A stretch of 64,000 nt of DNA from a bacterium (GTDB lineage: Bacteria; Patescibacteriota; Patescibacteriia; UBA9570), in assembly GCA_030698395.1 (NCBI GenBank), contig JAUYKW010000008.1:1662-65661 (forward strand). Direction: 5' to 3'. Positions 23,513-34,272 of this stretch are shown one piece after another. Each line of letters opens with the position of its first letter. Position 1 is the stretch's first letter. Both the position numbers and the translations under genes were made by a program. The notes beneath the pieces are model-generated. The model did no database searches, had not been told where the DNA came from, and saw nothing but the letters and a program-made list of their open reading frames with translations.

Positions 23513-24486
23513 AGCAGTATCTTCAAATCATTGAGGATGGTGATACACTTTCTGAAGATCAAGCGGAGCAGGCTTTAAATTTAATCATGACAGGAAATGC
23601 AGATGAATCTGAAGTAGCTGCGTTACTTTCTGGTATGGCTAAACGAGGCGAGAGTGAATCTGAAATAATTGGTATGTTACGTGGTATGAGATCACAAATG
23701 GTGAAGATTGATTTAGGAAATGATTTGCTTGATACTTGTGGTACGGGTGGTGATGGTTTGAGTACTTTTAATATTTCTACAACCGTTGCATTAATTTGTG
23801 CGGCGTTGGGAGTTAAAGTGGCAAAGCATGGTAATAGAGCGGCTAGTTCTAAGAGTGGAAGTGCGGATGTGCTGGAAGCTTTAGGTGTGCCAATTGAATT
23901 ATCTGGTGGTGATGCAAAAGAATATTTTAATGAACATAATTTTGTCTTCCTTTTTGCTCGTACCTATCATCCTGCAATGAAACACGTTGCATCTGTAAGA
24001 AAAGAATTGGGCATTAGGACGATATTTAATTTCTTAGGACCCTTGGCTAATCCAGCCGGTGTAACAAGACAAATTGTAGGTGTTTCAAATCCAGAAAAAG
24101 CAAAGAGTATTGGCAATGCATTAATGGCTTTGGGAGCAGAACATGTATTAGTAATTTTTAGTGAAGACGGCATGGATGAGGCTAGCATTGCTACGCCAAC
24201 TAGCGTGCTAGATTTTAAACTAGGTCATATGGAAGAATTTACAGTGCAACCGCGTCAAATATTTTCTTTAGCCGACATAGCTGGTGGAGAGCCTGAAGAA
24301 AATGCACAGTTAATTAAAAACTTAGCAATCGGTAATGTGCATGCAGCTGTAAAAGAAGCAGTAATCCTTAATGCTGGCTTAGCATTGTATACTGCTGATG
24401 ACGTTTCTTCATATCAACAGGGGATAGAAAAAGTTGAAGAGTTTTTAAACAGTGGGGAGTTTGATAATTATCTGCAAAAGTTATGA
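23509..24486 (+). CDS. trpD: Anthranilate phosphoribosyltransferase.
   Basis: The motifs DTCGTGGDG...KHGNRA are present. Confidence 0.9.
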   Translation: MKQYLQIIEDGDTLSEDQAEQALNLIMTGNADESEVAALLSGMAKRGESESEIIGMLRGMRSQMVKIDLGNDLLDTCGTGGDGLSTFNISTTVALICAALGVKVAKHGNRAASSKSGSADVLEALGVPIELSGGDAKEYFNEHNFVFLFARTYHPAMKHVASVRKELGIRTIFNFLGPLANPAGVTRQIVGVSNPEKAKSIGNALMALGAEHVLVIFSEDGMDEASIATPTSVLDFKLGHMEEFTVQPRQIFSLADIAGGEPEENAQLIKNLAIGNVHAAVKEAVILNAGLALYTADDVSSYQQGIEKVEEFLNSGEFDNYLQKL

Positions 24487-25907
24487 TTACTCTGGAAGAT
24501 ATTTTAATAAAAAAACGTCAACGTTTAGAAGCAACGAAAAAGCAACAACCCTTAGTAGAATTAAAAAAAGCGCTAGCAGTTGTAGCGGATTCAAAACATA
24601 GTTTAGTTGATGCACTTACAGGTAAGGACAAAGTAAACGTTATTGCTGAATACAAAACTGCTTCGCCAAGTGGAGGGGTATTGATTGAGCAACCGAATTT
24701 AGAGAAAATTATTGCCAGCTATATATCTGGTGGTGCAACAGCTATATCAGTTTTAACAGAGCAAGACTTTTTTCTTGGAAATCTTTCTAGATTATCGTAT
24801 GTAAAATCTATGGTTGATGTACCAGTGTTGCGCAAGGATTTTATTATCGATCCGTATCAAATATATGAAAGTAAGGTACAACAAGCTGATGCAATATTAC
24901 TGATTGCTAATATACTGTCCGCTGAGCAGTTGCTAGAGTTTTCTCAGTTAGCAAAAGAATTAAAGTTGGATGTTTTATTTGAGATTCATGATGAACAAGA
25001 TCTTGAAAAAGTATTAGCATGCAAGCCACGTTTAATTGGCGTGAATGCACGTGATTTATCAACTATGGAAGTTGATTTGAGGAGGATAAATAAATTAATA
25101 AAAAAGATTCCTGATAATATTACGATAGTTGCTGAATCTGGAATTACTACTAAGCAAGATATCGATCACTTAAAAGATTTAGGAGTCAGTGCTGCGTTAA
25201 TTGGAACAACATTAATAAAATCTGATGATCCTCAAGGTAAGTTGCACGAACTGTTAGGCATTGATGACAATAAACAGTTTGTTGCTAAACAACAGTGTAA
25301 AGTAAAGGTGTGTGGAATAACTAATGAGGCTGATGCTTTTTTAGCTGTTCAATGTGGAGCTAATTATCTTGGATATATTTTAAATTATCCAAATAGTTCA
25401 AGATTTATTTCTATTAGTGATGCGAGTAAAATAATAAAAAGTGTTAGCTTGTTATATCCAGATATTAAGCATGTAGGCGTATTTGTAGATGCGACGGTAG
25501 ATACTATAACTAGAATGCAAAAACAATTGGATCTTGATGTAGTGCAGTTGCATGGCGATGAATCCATAGAGGAGGTTAGGGCAATAGGTAATGTAGAGAA
25601 ATGGAAGGCAGTTGAGATTCATCATACATCAGATGTTTCTTTAATCGAAAAATACATTGATGATGTGGATGCGATTGTAGTTGATGCTGGTAAAGGGTCT
25701 GGTAAGAGGATCGATCATGATATTTTACAGCAGATTAAATTTTCTAAACAGTTAGTGCTAGCTGGCGGTTTGGCGCCGGACAATGTTAGAATGTTAGTAG
25801 CAGATTATAGGCCAGCTATAGTTGATGTAAGTTCTGGAGTAGAAGCGATGCCCGGAAAAAAGGATCGTGCAAAGTTAGAAGCTTTTTTTGAGGCTGTGTT
25901 AATATAA
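24483..25907 (+). CDS. trpC: Bifunctional indole-3-glycerol-phosphate synthase / phosphoribosylanthranilate isomerase (TrpC-TrpF fusion).
   Basis: The N-terminal half has IGPS motifs (IAEYKTASPSGG, GVNARDL). The C-terminal half has the PRAI motif (KVCGITNEADA). Total length is 474 aa. Confidence 0.85.
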   Translation: MITLEDILIKKRQRLEATKKQQPLVELKKALAVVADSKHSLVDALTGKDKVNVIAEYKTASPSGGVLIEQPNLEKIIASYISGGATAISVLTEQDFFLGNLSRLSYVKSMVDVPVLRKDFIIDPYQIYESKVQQADAILLIANILSAEQLLEFSQLAKELKLDVLFEIHDEQDLEKVLACKPRLIGVNARDLSTMEVDLRRINKLIKKIPDNITIVAESGITTKQDIDHLKDLGVSAALIGTTLIKSDDPQGKLHELLGIDDNKQFVAKQQCKVKVCGITNEADAFLAVQCGANYLGYILNYPNSSRFISISDASKIIKSVSLLYPDIKHVGVFVDATVDTITRMQKQLDLDVVQLHGDESIEEVRAIGNVEKWKAVEIHHTSDVSLIEKYIDDVDAIVVDAGKGSGKRIDHDILQQIKFSKQLVLAGGLAPDNVRMLVADYRPAIVDVSSGVEAMPGKKDRAKLEAFFEAVLI

Positions 25908-25916
25908 ATTATCAAT

Positions 25917-27152
25917 ATGAGCAAAGAACTTTTTTTTAAAACTCAATATGAGCCAGATGAGAATGGCCATTTTGGGGAGTTTGGTGGACGATATGTGCCG
26001 GAATTATTAATGCCGGTTTTGATTGAATTAGAACAAGCTTATAAAAAAGCTATTCAAGATGAAAGTTTTTTAGCAGATATAAAAAAAGTTTTTAAGAATT
26101 TTGTGGGTCGTCCTACGCCATTACATTATGCAAATAATCTTTCGGATGAGTTAGGCGGTGCTAGAATCTATTTAAAAAATGAAGGTCAGGCGCATACGGG
26201 AGCACATAAGATTAATCATTGCGTCGGACAAGCATTACTTGCAAAACGCATGGGAAAGAAACGAATCATTGCAGAAACTGGTGCTGGTCAGCATGGCATA
26301 GCTGCAGCTACGGTAGCTGCCAAGTTTGGTTTTTCATGCACGGTTCATATGGGAGCAGTTGATGCTAAACGGCAAGCACCAAACGTTTTTTGGATGCAAC
26401 AGTTAGGTGCAGAGGTGAAGATTGTAGAGCATGGAACTAAAACATTGAAGGATGCAGTAACTAGCGCATTACAAGATTGGATTGGAGATCCAGCAGAGAG
26501 TTACTATTTATTAGGATCCGCGTTAGGTCCACATCCTTATCCAATGATGGTGCGAGATTTTCAGAGTATCATCGGTATAGAAGTATCAGAACAAATTCAG
26601 GAATACATTGGAGAAAATAAAAAGCCAGATTATTTAGTAGCCTGCGTGGGTGGAGGTAGTAATGCAATTGGATTATTCAATGCATTTTTGGATGATCCTG
26701 AGGTACACATGATTGGTGTAGAGGCTGGCGGTAGAGATGTCACTAAACCTGGTGAGCATGCAACTAGATTGGCTAATAATTCTAAAGTAGGAGTGATTGA
26801 TGGGTATAAATCTTACTTTTTACAAGATGATCAAGGTAATGTGGAATCAACCCATAGTATTTCTGCTGGATTAGATTATGCAGGCATTGGTCCGGAGCAT
26901 GCTTATTTACATAGTGTAGGCAGAGTAGAATATACGTCGGTCTCAGATGAAGAAGCTAGAGCAGCTTTTACAAAACTCAGTCGTAGTGAAGGAATTATTC
27001 CAGCTTTGGAATCCGCACATGCTGTGGCGCATGCGCTTAAACTTGCACCAGAGTTATCATCTGATAAGAATATTGTGGTGAACATTTCTGGAAGAGGGGA
27101 TAAAGATTTATTTATTGTTAACGAAAAATTGAATGCCAAGATCAATAACTGA
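25917..27152 (+). CDS. trpB: Tryptophan synthase beta chain.
   Basis: The PLP motifs HTGAHKINH and GGGSNAIG are present. Confidence 0.95.
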   Translation: MSKELFFKTQYEPDENGHFGEFGGRYVPELLMPVLIELEQAYKKAIQDESFLADIKKVFKNFVGRPTPLHYANNLSDELGGARIYLKNEGQAHTGAHKINHCVGQALLAKRMGKKRIIAETGAGQHGIAAATVAAKFGFSCTVHMGAVDAKRQAPNVFWMQQLGAEVKIVEHGTKTLKDAVTSALQDWIGDPAESYYLLGSALGPHPYPMMVRDFQSIIGIEVSEQIQEYIGENKKPDYLVACVGGGSNAIGLFNAFLDDPEVHMIGVEAGGRDVTKPGEHATRLANNSKVGVIDGYKSYFLQDDQGNVESTHSISAGLDYAGIGPEHAYLHSVGRVEYTSVSDEEARAAFTKLSRSEGIIPALESAHAVAHALKLAPELSSDKNIVVNISGRGDKDLFIVNEKLNAKINN

Positions 27153-27906
27153 ACAAATTAAGTTAGCCAAGCAGGAAAATCGCATGGCACTTATGACTCA
27201 TGTAGTAATGGGTTATCCAAGCTTAGAAGATACTAGGCAGAGAGTTTTATTGATGGTACAAGCTGGCGTTGATATTATTGAGTTACAACTTCCGTTTTCT
27301 GATCCTTTAGCGGACGGACCAATTATTACCGTGGCGAATCAGACTGCTGTGAAAAATGGGGTTACAATTAAGCAATGTATGGATCTTGCTACAGAATTAT
27401 CCAGCCAAGTTGAAATACCTTTGCAATGGGTTGGTTATTATAATACAGTTTTTAATTATGGCATCGAGAAATTTATTAAGGATAGTAGGAGGGCAGGAAT
27501 TCAGGCATTTACTTTTCCAGACTTACCAATTGATGAAGAACCATATGAACATTTTTTTGAATTAGCTAGTCTGGCTGGTATTCCAGTGATTCAGTTAGTG
27601 TCACTAATAACACCAGTGGAGAGACTTAAAGAAATTAACAAATTAGCTCATTCATATATTTATTGCGTGGCTCGTTTTGGTGTGACGGGTACTGATTCTA
27701 AGATGTCAGATGAGATTGTTTCATATCTGCAGAAGGTACGAAAATATGTTACAGTACCTTTAGCAGTTGGTTTTGGCATTTCGCAACCACAGCATATTCG
27801 GGATTTGCGTGATAGTGCTGATGTGGTAGTTGTAGGAAGTGCTCTACTAAATTTATCTTTACCAGAGTTAAAAGACCAAATTCAAACATTATGCGCAGCT
27901 TTGTAA
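27133..27906 (+). CDS. trpA: Tryptophan synthase alpha chain.
   Basis: The size is right, it overlaps trpB, and it has a typical TrpA core (ELQLPFSDPLADGP). Confidence 0.85.
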   Translation: MPRSITEQIKLAKQENRMALMTHVVMGYPSLEDTRQRVLLMVQAGVDIIELQLPFSDPLADGPIITVANQTAVKNGVTIKQCMDLATELSSQVEIPLQWVGYYNTVFNYGIEKFIKDSRRAGIQAFTFPDLPIDEEPYEHFFELASLAGIPVIQLVSLITPVERLKEINKLAHSYIYCVARFGVTGTDSKMSDEIVSYLQKVRKYVTVPLAVGFGISQPQHIRDLRDSADVVVVGSALLNLSLPELKDQIQTLCAAL

Positions 27907-28910
27907 AAACTTTATCAAAAAAATATCCAGTTATTATTGAGCAAGGTATTGTGAAGAAATTTAAGTTTCCAAAAAATGCATTTGTTATCAGTGATGATAG
28001 TTTGCGGATAAAATTTAAAAATGAATTACCAAATCATCAATGGATTAGTTTTTCTGCTGGTGAACATTCTAAAAATTTAACTACAGTTGAAGAACTGTGT
28101 GAAAAATTAGTAAAGTTGGGAGCAAATCGTAGTTCTAGTATTATTGCGTTTGGTGGCGGTATAGTTGGTGATATTGCAGGATTTGTAGCATCTATATATA
28201 TGAGAGGGATTCCGTTTTATCAAGTTCCAACATCTTTGCTAGCAATGGTGGATGCGAGTGTTGGTGGTAAAACAGGTGTAGATTTAAATGCCGGAAAAAA
28301 TTTAATTGGATCTTTTTATCAGCCCGAAGCTGTACTGATTGATCCGACATTTTTAGTTAAGCTTCCGCAACTAGAGTTTAGTCATGGTATGGCAGAAGTT
28401 ATTAAACATGGAGTTATTGATGGTAAGTTTTTTAATTGGCTAGAAAATAATCAGGATAAGATAAAACAGCGTGATGTAGAAACTTTGTCTACGATGATTG
28501 CAAAAAATGTGAAAATTAAATCTGATATTGTCGAGCAGGACGAGAAAGAGGGCAATGTAAGGATGTTGCTAAATCTGGGACACACCTTTGGTCATGCAAT
28601 TGAAAAATTAAGTGAATATGCAATACCACATGGTGAAGCAGTTGCGATGGGAATGATTTACGCTGCTGAATTTTCTGAATCGAAAGATGTATTAAGAATA
28701 ACTAAGTTATTATATGAATTTGGTTTATCAAGCCATTTAGAAAAACCATATACTGCAAAATCTATGGTTGGCGTGATGATGTCTGATAAAAAAAATAAAG
28801 ATAATAAGATTAATTTAGTTTTACCTCAATCGATTGGTGATGTAAAAATCAATTCTGCATTTAGTTCAGAAAAATTAGAGAAGTTTATCTCGAACTATTA
28901 TGAGCGCTAA
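27891..28910 (+). CDS. aroB: 3-dehydroquinate synthase.
   Basis: A glycine-rich NAD motif (GGGIVGDIAGFVA) and metal-binding His residues are present. Confidence 0.9.
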   Translation: MRSFVKTLSKKYPVIIEQGIVKKFKFPKNAFVISDDSLRIKFKNELPNHQWISFSAGEHSKNLTTVEELCEKLVKLGANRSSSIIAFGGGIVGDIAGFVASIYMRGIPFYQVPTSLLAMVDASVGGKTGVDLNAGKNLIGSFYQPEAVLIDPTFLVKLPQLEFSHGMAEVIKHGVIDGKFFNWLENNQDKIKQRDVETLSTMIAKNVKIKSDIVEQDEKEGNVRMLLNLGHTFGHAIEKLSEYAIPHGEAVAMGMIYAAEFSESKDVLRITKLLYEFGLSSHLEKPYTAKSMVGVMMSDKKNKDNKINLVLPQSIGDVKINSAFSSEKLEKFISNYYER

Positions 28911-30621
28911 AAAGATTGCTGTATTAGCAAAACCGATTAAATATTCAATTTCGGTTCCTGGTTCTAAATCTCTAATGAACCGAGCATTAATTTGTGCAGC
29001 TCTTGCTAGTGGACAGACAAAACTTACGAATCCAAATTATTGCGAGGATACAGTTTATCTTATTAAGGCATTGCAATCTCTTGGCGTAACTATCAAGCAA
29101 CATGCTGATTATTTATTAGTTAAAGGAATTGCTGGCAAGTTCAAAAAACCAAGTCGAGCATTATTTTTAGGCAATGCAGGAACAGCGACTAGATTTTTAA
29201 CTCCACTAGTTCCAGTGGGAACAAGCATAACTGGTGACAAACATATGCAGCAAAGACCACTAGATGATTTGTTAAAAGCATTGTATCAGTTAGGATTTGA
29301 TTTTGAATCGAAAACTGGATGTCCACCAGTAAAAATTATATCTCGCGAACAAACATCAGAAACAATAGATATTCCAGGAAAGATAAGTAGTCAATATTTA
29401 TCGGCCATATTAATGATGGCACCAACTTTAAAGAAGCCATTAACTATTAATGTACGCGGAACATTGGTATCGAAGCCATATGTAGAAATGACTATTGCGG
29501 TAATGAAGCAATTTGGTGTGAGCATTAGGCATGAAGATTTTAAGAAATTTTTTATTAAGCCCCAAGTTTATCAATTTACAAAATATGAAGTGCCAGCAGA
29601 TGCAAGTAGTGCAACTTACTGGTGGACACTTGCAGCGATTACAGGTAGCTCAATTACAGTGGATAATTTACATGATAATAAGCAAGCAGATTTTGGTTAT
29701 TTGCAGATTTTAAAAAAGATGGGTTGCCAGGTTAAAGGAACTACAGTTACTGGCTCGGAAGAATTGTGGGCAGTTTCTCAAAATATGAAAGATATGCCGG
29801 ATGCAGTTATGAGTTTAGCAATGGTCGCAGCATGCGCAACAGGTGTAACTGAGATAAAAAATATTTCTCACTTAAAAGCTAAAGAAACTAATAGGCTAAA
29901 GTTGTTAATTTCTAATTTACGAAAAGTTGGAATTAGAGCAAGTACTAATGGCACGAATTTAAAAATCACAGGGGATGTTGGTAAAATAAATGGGAAGCGG
30001 ATAACAACAGAAGATGATCATCGGTTTGCAATGGCTTTTGCTATTCTAGGTTTGCGTTTTTCTAATATGTCGATTGATAAATCGGAATGTGTAAAAAAAA
30101 GCTATCCAGCTTTTTGGCAAGATATTCAGAAATGCCAGCAAGCCAGTAAGAAACAAACCATCTTGTTAACTGGCATGAGGGGTTCTGGTAAAAGTACAAT
30201 TGGAAAAAATTGGGCAAAAAAGTATGGTGCAAGTTTTATAGATCTTGATGAAGAGATTGAAAAAGAAATTAGCATGAGTATTTCGCAATATGTTAAAAAC
30301 TATGGTTGGAAAAAGTTCAGAAATGTTGAAATTAAAATTACGAAACGGTTCATAGATATTGAAAATGCTGTTATAGCGACAGGGGGCGGTACATTGATGA
30401 ATCAGCATAATTATGTTAATCTTAAACACTACTATATAGTTTTAATGTATGCGCCAGTCTCAGAATTAAGACGCAGGGTGCAGAATGACAAGAAAACAAG
30501 TAAGTCTCGCCCAGCATTATTATCTGATACACAAGATGAATTAGGTGATATTTGGAAAAAACGCAAATATAAATATTATCAGGTAGCTGATAAAATATAT
30601 GATAGCCGTAACCCTCGCTAA
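28900..30621 (+). CDS. aroA: Bifunctional EPSP synthase / shikimate kinase (AroA-AroK fusion).
   Basis: The N-terminal ~420 aa have EPSPS motifs (LFLGNAGTATRFL). The C-terminal ~150 aa carry a P-loop (LTGMRGSGKSTIGK) typical of shikimate kinase. Confidence 0.85.
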   Translation: MSAKKIAVLAKPIKYSISVPGSKSLMNRALICAALASGQTKLTNPNYCEDTVYLIKALQSLGVTIKQHADYLLVKGIAGKFKKPSRALFLGNAGTATRFLTPLVPVGTSITGDKHMQQRPLDDLLKALYQLGFDFESKTGCPPVKIISREQTSETIDIPGKISSQYLSAILMMAPTLKKPLTINVRGTLVSKPYVEMTIAVMKQFGVSIRHEDFKKFFIKPQVYQFTKYEVPADASSATYWWTLAAITGSSITVDNLHDNKQADFGYLQILKKMGCQVKGTTVTGSEELWAVSQNMKDMPDAVMSLAMVAACATGVTEIKNISHLKAKETNRLKLLISNLRKVGIRASTNGTNLKITGDVGKINGKRITTEDDHRFAMAFAILGLRFSNMSIDKSECVKKSYPAFWQDIQKCQQASKKQTILLTGMRGSGKSTIGKNWAKKYGASFIDLDEEIEKEISMSISQYVKNYGWKKFRNVEIKITKRFIDIENAVIATGGGTLMNQHNYVNLKHYYIVLMYAPVSELRRRVQNDKKTSKSRPALLSDTQDELGDIWKKRKYKYYQVADKIYDSRNPR

Positions 30622-31939
30622 TCCAAGACACCTCAAGCGTGCTAATAGCACTAAGGCGGATCTTATTGAAATCCGAACTGATTTATATCCTGAATCAAAC
30701 ATAGCCGGTTTAATTGCAAAATGTGAGAAACCGGTTATTTTAACTATCAAATCTCCACGCACTGTTTGGCTGGATTATATTGATTCACCAAAAGTTAAAT
30801 ATGTTGATATTGATTATCGCTTAACTGGTTTGATTAAGGAATTTCATAAAGAGAGATCAAAACGTGTAAAGCTAATTGTATCTTTTCATGATTACAAGGA
30901 AACTCCATCTTGGGAAAGAATTCAAAAACGATTAGTACAATTACAAAAGTTAAATCCAGATGTTATCAAAGTCGCTACTATGATAGAGGAGTTTGATGAT
31001 ATTAGTGTGATTGCGCGATTACAAAAGAAACTAGGTAAGAAAGTGATTGCAGTTGGCATGGGAGATTTAGGTATGATGACCAGAATATATAACAGGGGAT
31101 TACTAACATACGCGCGGTTAAGTGCAACAGATAAGCAAACGTTGGAAAATGTTAGTGCAGCACCAGGACAACTTACCGTAGAACAATTAAAGGAGAGAAA
31201 GATTTTTGGGCTAGTCGGTGATGCTATTAAATATAGCTTAAGTCCTTTGATGTATAATAACTCTTTTCAGCATTATGATTTGCCACATATTTATCAGTTG
31301 TGGGATACGTCAAAGTTTTCTACATTTAAAGAGGTATTCAATTTTTTTAAGCTTCCTGGAGCATCAGTAACACAGCCTTTTAAAACTAACGCATTAAAGA
31401 TGGTTGACCACGCAGATGCAGATTCGGTAAAAATTGGTGCAGTAAATACAGTGGTCCGAGATTCTGATGATAAGTTGATTGGATATAATACAGATTGGGT
31501 AGGTGCAGAAAAAGCTTTGCATGGAGAATTAAAAGATAAAAAAATATTAATTCTTGGGGCTGGCGGTGCGTCAGCAGCTGTGGCATATGCAGCTGAAAAA
31601 AATGGTGCAACTAAGGTAACAGTATTATCTCGGAGGGATATGCCAACTGATGAAGATGATTTTGATGTTTTAGTTAATGCAACACCGGTTTACGATACAG
31701 TTTTAGTTCCAGAAGATTCTTTGTATAGTAAAGTTGTAATGGATTGTAATTATGGAACAATTACAGAGTTAGTACGTCATGCTGAGAAAAAAGCGCGAGT
31801 TGTCATGGATGGCTTGCCCATGTTATTGTATCAGGGTGAACCGCAATTTAAATATTGGACTGGAAAAAAAATGCCAGTAGAGAAAATTATGACAGCATTA
31901 AAAAAACATAAGAAAGCAAAAACTGGGTATGGCAGGTAA
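30599..31939 (+). CDS. Bifunctional 3-dehydroquinate dehydratase (type I) / shikimate dehydrogenase (AroD-AroE fusion).
   Basis: The N-terminus is DHQase-I-like. The C-terminus has the NADP Rossmann motif ILGAGGASAAVAYAA. Confidence 0.75.
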   Translation: MIAVTLANPRHLKRANSTKADLIEIRTDLYPESNIAGLIAKCEKPVILTIKSPRTVWLDYIDSPKVKYVDIDYRLTGLIKEFHKERSKRVKLIVSFHDYKETPSWERIQKRLVQLQKLNPDVIKVATMIEEFDDISVIARLQKKLGKKVIAVGMGDLGMMTRIYNRGLLTYARLSATDKQTLENVSAAPGQLTVEQLKERKIFGLVGDAIKYSLSPLMYNNSFQHYDLPHIYQLWDTSKFSTFKEVFNFFKLPGASVTQPFKTNALKMVDHADADSVKIGAVNTVVRDSDDKLIGYNTDWVGAEKALHGELKDKKILILGAGGASAAVAYAAEKNGATKVTVLSRRDMPTDEDDFDVLVNATPVYDTVLVPEDSLYSKVVMDCNYGTITELVRHAEKKARVVMDGLPMLLYQGEPQFKYWTGKKMPVEKIMTALKKHKKAKTGYGR

Positions 31940-32906
31940 TACATTTGGACAATTATTTCGAGTAACAACATGGGGAGAATCTCATGGTCATGCTATTGGT
32001 GGTGTAATTGATGGATGTCCAGCTGGAATCTCACTATCCATAGATGATATTCAGGTAGATTTGGATAGGCGCAGGCCAGGGCAAAGTATTATTACAACAC
32101 CGCGCAAAGAACTTGATAAGATAAAAATTTTATCTGGAGTTTTTGAAGGAAAAACTACTGGTACGCCAATTAGTTTAGCGATTAAGAATCAGGATCAGCG
32201 ATCTCAGGATTATGCCAAATTAAAAACGAGTTATCGAAAAGGACACGCAGATGAGGTGTATGATTTGAAGTATGGTTTTCGTGATCATCGTGGAGGTGGT
32301 AGAGCAAGTGCACGTGAGACTGCTGTGCGAGTAGCTGCAGGTGCAGTGGCAAAAAAAATATTACCGAAGAAAACCAAAGTAATTGCTTATACTAAACAGA
32401 TTCAAGATTTGGTAGTAGCAATACCAAAGTTTAATCAGATAGAGCAGAATCCAGTTAGAGCAGCAGATAATAAAGTAGCAGCTGAGATGGTGACATTAAT
32501 AAAGCAGGCTATGAGAGCTAAAGATTCCGTGGGTGGAATTATTGAGATAGTAATTAAAAATTGTCCGGTTGGTCTGGGTGAGCCTGTGTTTGATAAATTA
32601 AAAGCAGATTTAGCGAAAGGCTTATTAAGTATTCCAGCAGTTGTTGGATTTGAGTATGGTGCGGGTTTTGATGTAGTTGCAATGTATGGTTCAGAGCATA
32701 ATGATATTGAAGTTGGTATGTATGGTGGAATTTCTGATGGTAAAGACATAACAATGAGGGTAGCAGTTAAGCCTACTTCTTCAATAAAAATAAATGGTCG
32801 TCACGATCCATGTTTACTGCCTCGAGCAGTTCCAGTTTGTGAGGCAATGGTTAATTTAGTATTGATAGATTTTTATTTACGTAATAAGATTGTTCGTTCT
32901 AAATAA
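31929..32906 (+). CDS. aroC: Chorismate synthase.
   Basis: The motifs GESHG...RPGQS are present. Confidence 0.95.
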   Translation: MAGNTFGQLFRVTTWGESHGHAIGGVIDGCPAGISLSIDDIQVDLDRRRPGQSIITTPRKELDKIKILSGVFEGKTTGTPISLAIKNQDQRSQDYAKLKTSYRKGHADEVYDLKYGFRDHRGGGRASARETAVRVAAGAVAKKILPKKTKVIAYTKQIQDLVVAIPKFNQIEQNPVRAADNKVAAEMVTLIKQAMRAKDSVGGIIEIVIKNCPVGLGEPVFDKLKADLAKGLLSIPAVVGFEYGAGFDVVAMYGSEHNDIEVGMYGGISDGKDITMRVAVKPTSSIKINGRHDPCLLPRAVPVCEAMVNLVLIDFYLRNKIVRSK

Positions 32907-32931
32907 CTATTTTTAATGAACTTATATTTAT

Positions 32932-34266
32932 ATGGCAGATCCATTTAAGCCAGGGAGTGTAGCAAGAAAAATAGATTCTGATGTTCCACCAGCTGAAGAA
33001 GATGACTTAGGTATTTCTGTTGAGCATGCTGCTGTTTTAGATCGAGCAGCTCGTTATGGTGATCTTGAGAATGATGTTGAAGAGGGCTTGAGTGAAGCAG
33101 AGAAAAAAAATAAGGTGGCAGAGCTGGCAACTACTTTTGCTAGTGAGGATCATAGATTTGATAGAGAATTGATGAATGCGATAGATATAAAGCTTGGTGC
33201 TAAACATATGGCCATGGAGCAAAGTCTATCTGGTTTCGTTGAATATATAAATGAACCTGATTTGGAATCTTGTAATAAATTATTGGAGATTTTTGGTGAA
33301 ACTAGAATGGAATTTGAGGAACGATTTGGATATTTAGAGATGTTCAAGAGTAGAATGCAACGATCAGAGTTTCCAGAAGTTCGAGCGATGGCGTTAATAA
33401 TTGAAAAATCATACGCAGCGATGCTGCAGTACGCAGATTTATTATCGGCAGCTGAGAATTTAATGGGTAAGATAAAGAACCAGGTCGAGATGACTGGATT
33501 ACCAGAAGATATTGCATTACAGCAATTAAAAAAATTGAGTAATAAAATAGCTACATTGTATCGAAATGAGCTCCACAAAGTCGGTAGAAATGTTCGTCAC
33601 GCGTTAGCGTACGAAGGATATCGTGCATATATTGATAGTACTGATGATAAAGAAAATTTAAGAGAAGGCGATGTTGATGAGGATTATCTTTATGAATCTG
33701 GGATAAAGTTGGATGATGTGAAATTAAATGAAGGAGATATAAAAACACTCCAAGCATTGGATTTTAGAATGAAAGGTAGAGTTGGAGCTATTACGACTGA
33801 GTTGTTTAATTCCACCAGCGAAGAGAGATTAGAAAAAAATAGACAATCACTAGAAACGATACAGAAAGTTAAAATGTACTTTCAGGATCGTATGCAAATT
33901 ATATCTGATATATTACCAACACTAAACGAGGCTGATTCTATCTTTTTGCAAGAATTGCACATGCCAATGAGAGAGTTCATTATAGAAATGGAAAATCTAT
34001 TTAGCGTTTTGGATCGAGCTATTGTTGAATTGAATAAGTTAGTAGAAAGTAATTTATCAATTGAAGATAGATCTCTAATACAAATTAAATTGGATGAAAT
34101 GCAGAATGAAGTTGAGAGAATTTATCAACAAAAACTACAACCATTTGCAAATGTGGTCGCTACAAATTTAGCTTATATGAAGTACCGTAAAGGCGTGACT
34201 GAAACTCAAAGAGACGAGACGCCTGAATTGGTAGGTGAAGATTATCAATTAAATGTTGCTAAGTAA
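32932..34266 (+). CDS. Hypothetical acidic, probably helical protein (444 aa) embedded in the aromatic operon.
   Basis: The ORF is intact in the host low-GC composition. No motifs were recognised. Confidence 0.4.
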   Translation: MADPFKPGSVARKIDSDVPPAEEDDLGISVEHAAVLDRAARYGDLENDVEEGLSEAEKKNKVAELATTFASEDHRFDRELMNAIDIKLGAKHMAMEQSLSGFVEYINEPDLESCNKLLEIFGETRMEFEERFGYLEMFKSRMQRSEFPEVRAMALIIEKSYAAMLQYADLLSAAENLMGKIKNQVEMTGLPEDIALQQLKKLSNKIATLYRNELHKVGRNVRHALAYEGYRAYIDSTDDKENLREGDVDEDYLYESGIKLDDVKLNEGDIKTLQALDFRMKGRVGAITTELFNSTSEERLEKNRQSLETIQKVKMYFQDRMQIISDILPTLNEADSIFLQELHMPMREFIIEMENLFSVLDRAIVELNKLVESNLSIEDRSLIQIKLDEMQNEVERIYQQKLQPFANVVATNLAYMKYRKGVTETQRDETPELVGEDYQLNVAK

Positions 34267-34272
34267 ATTATA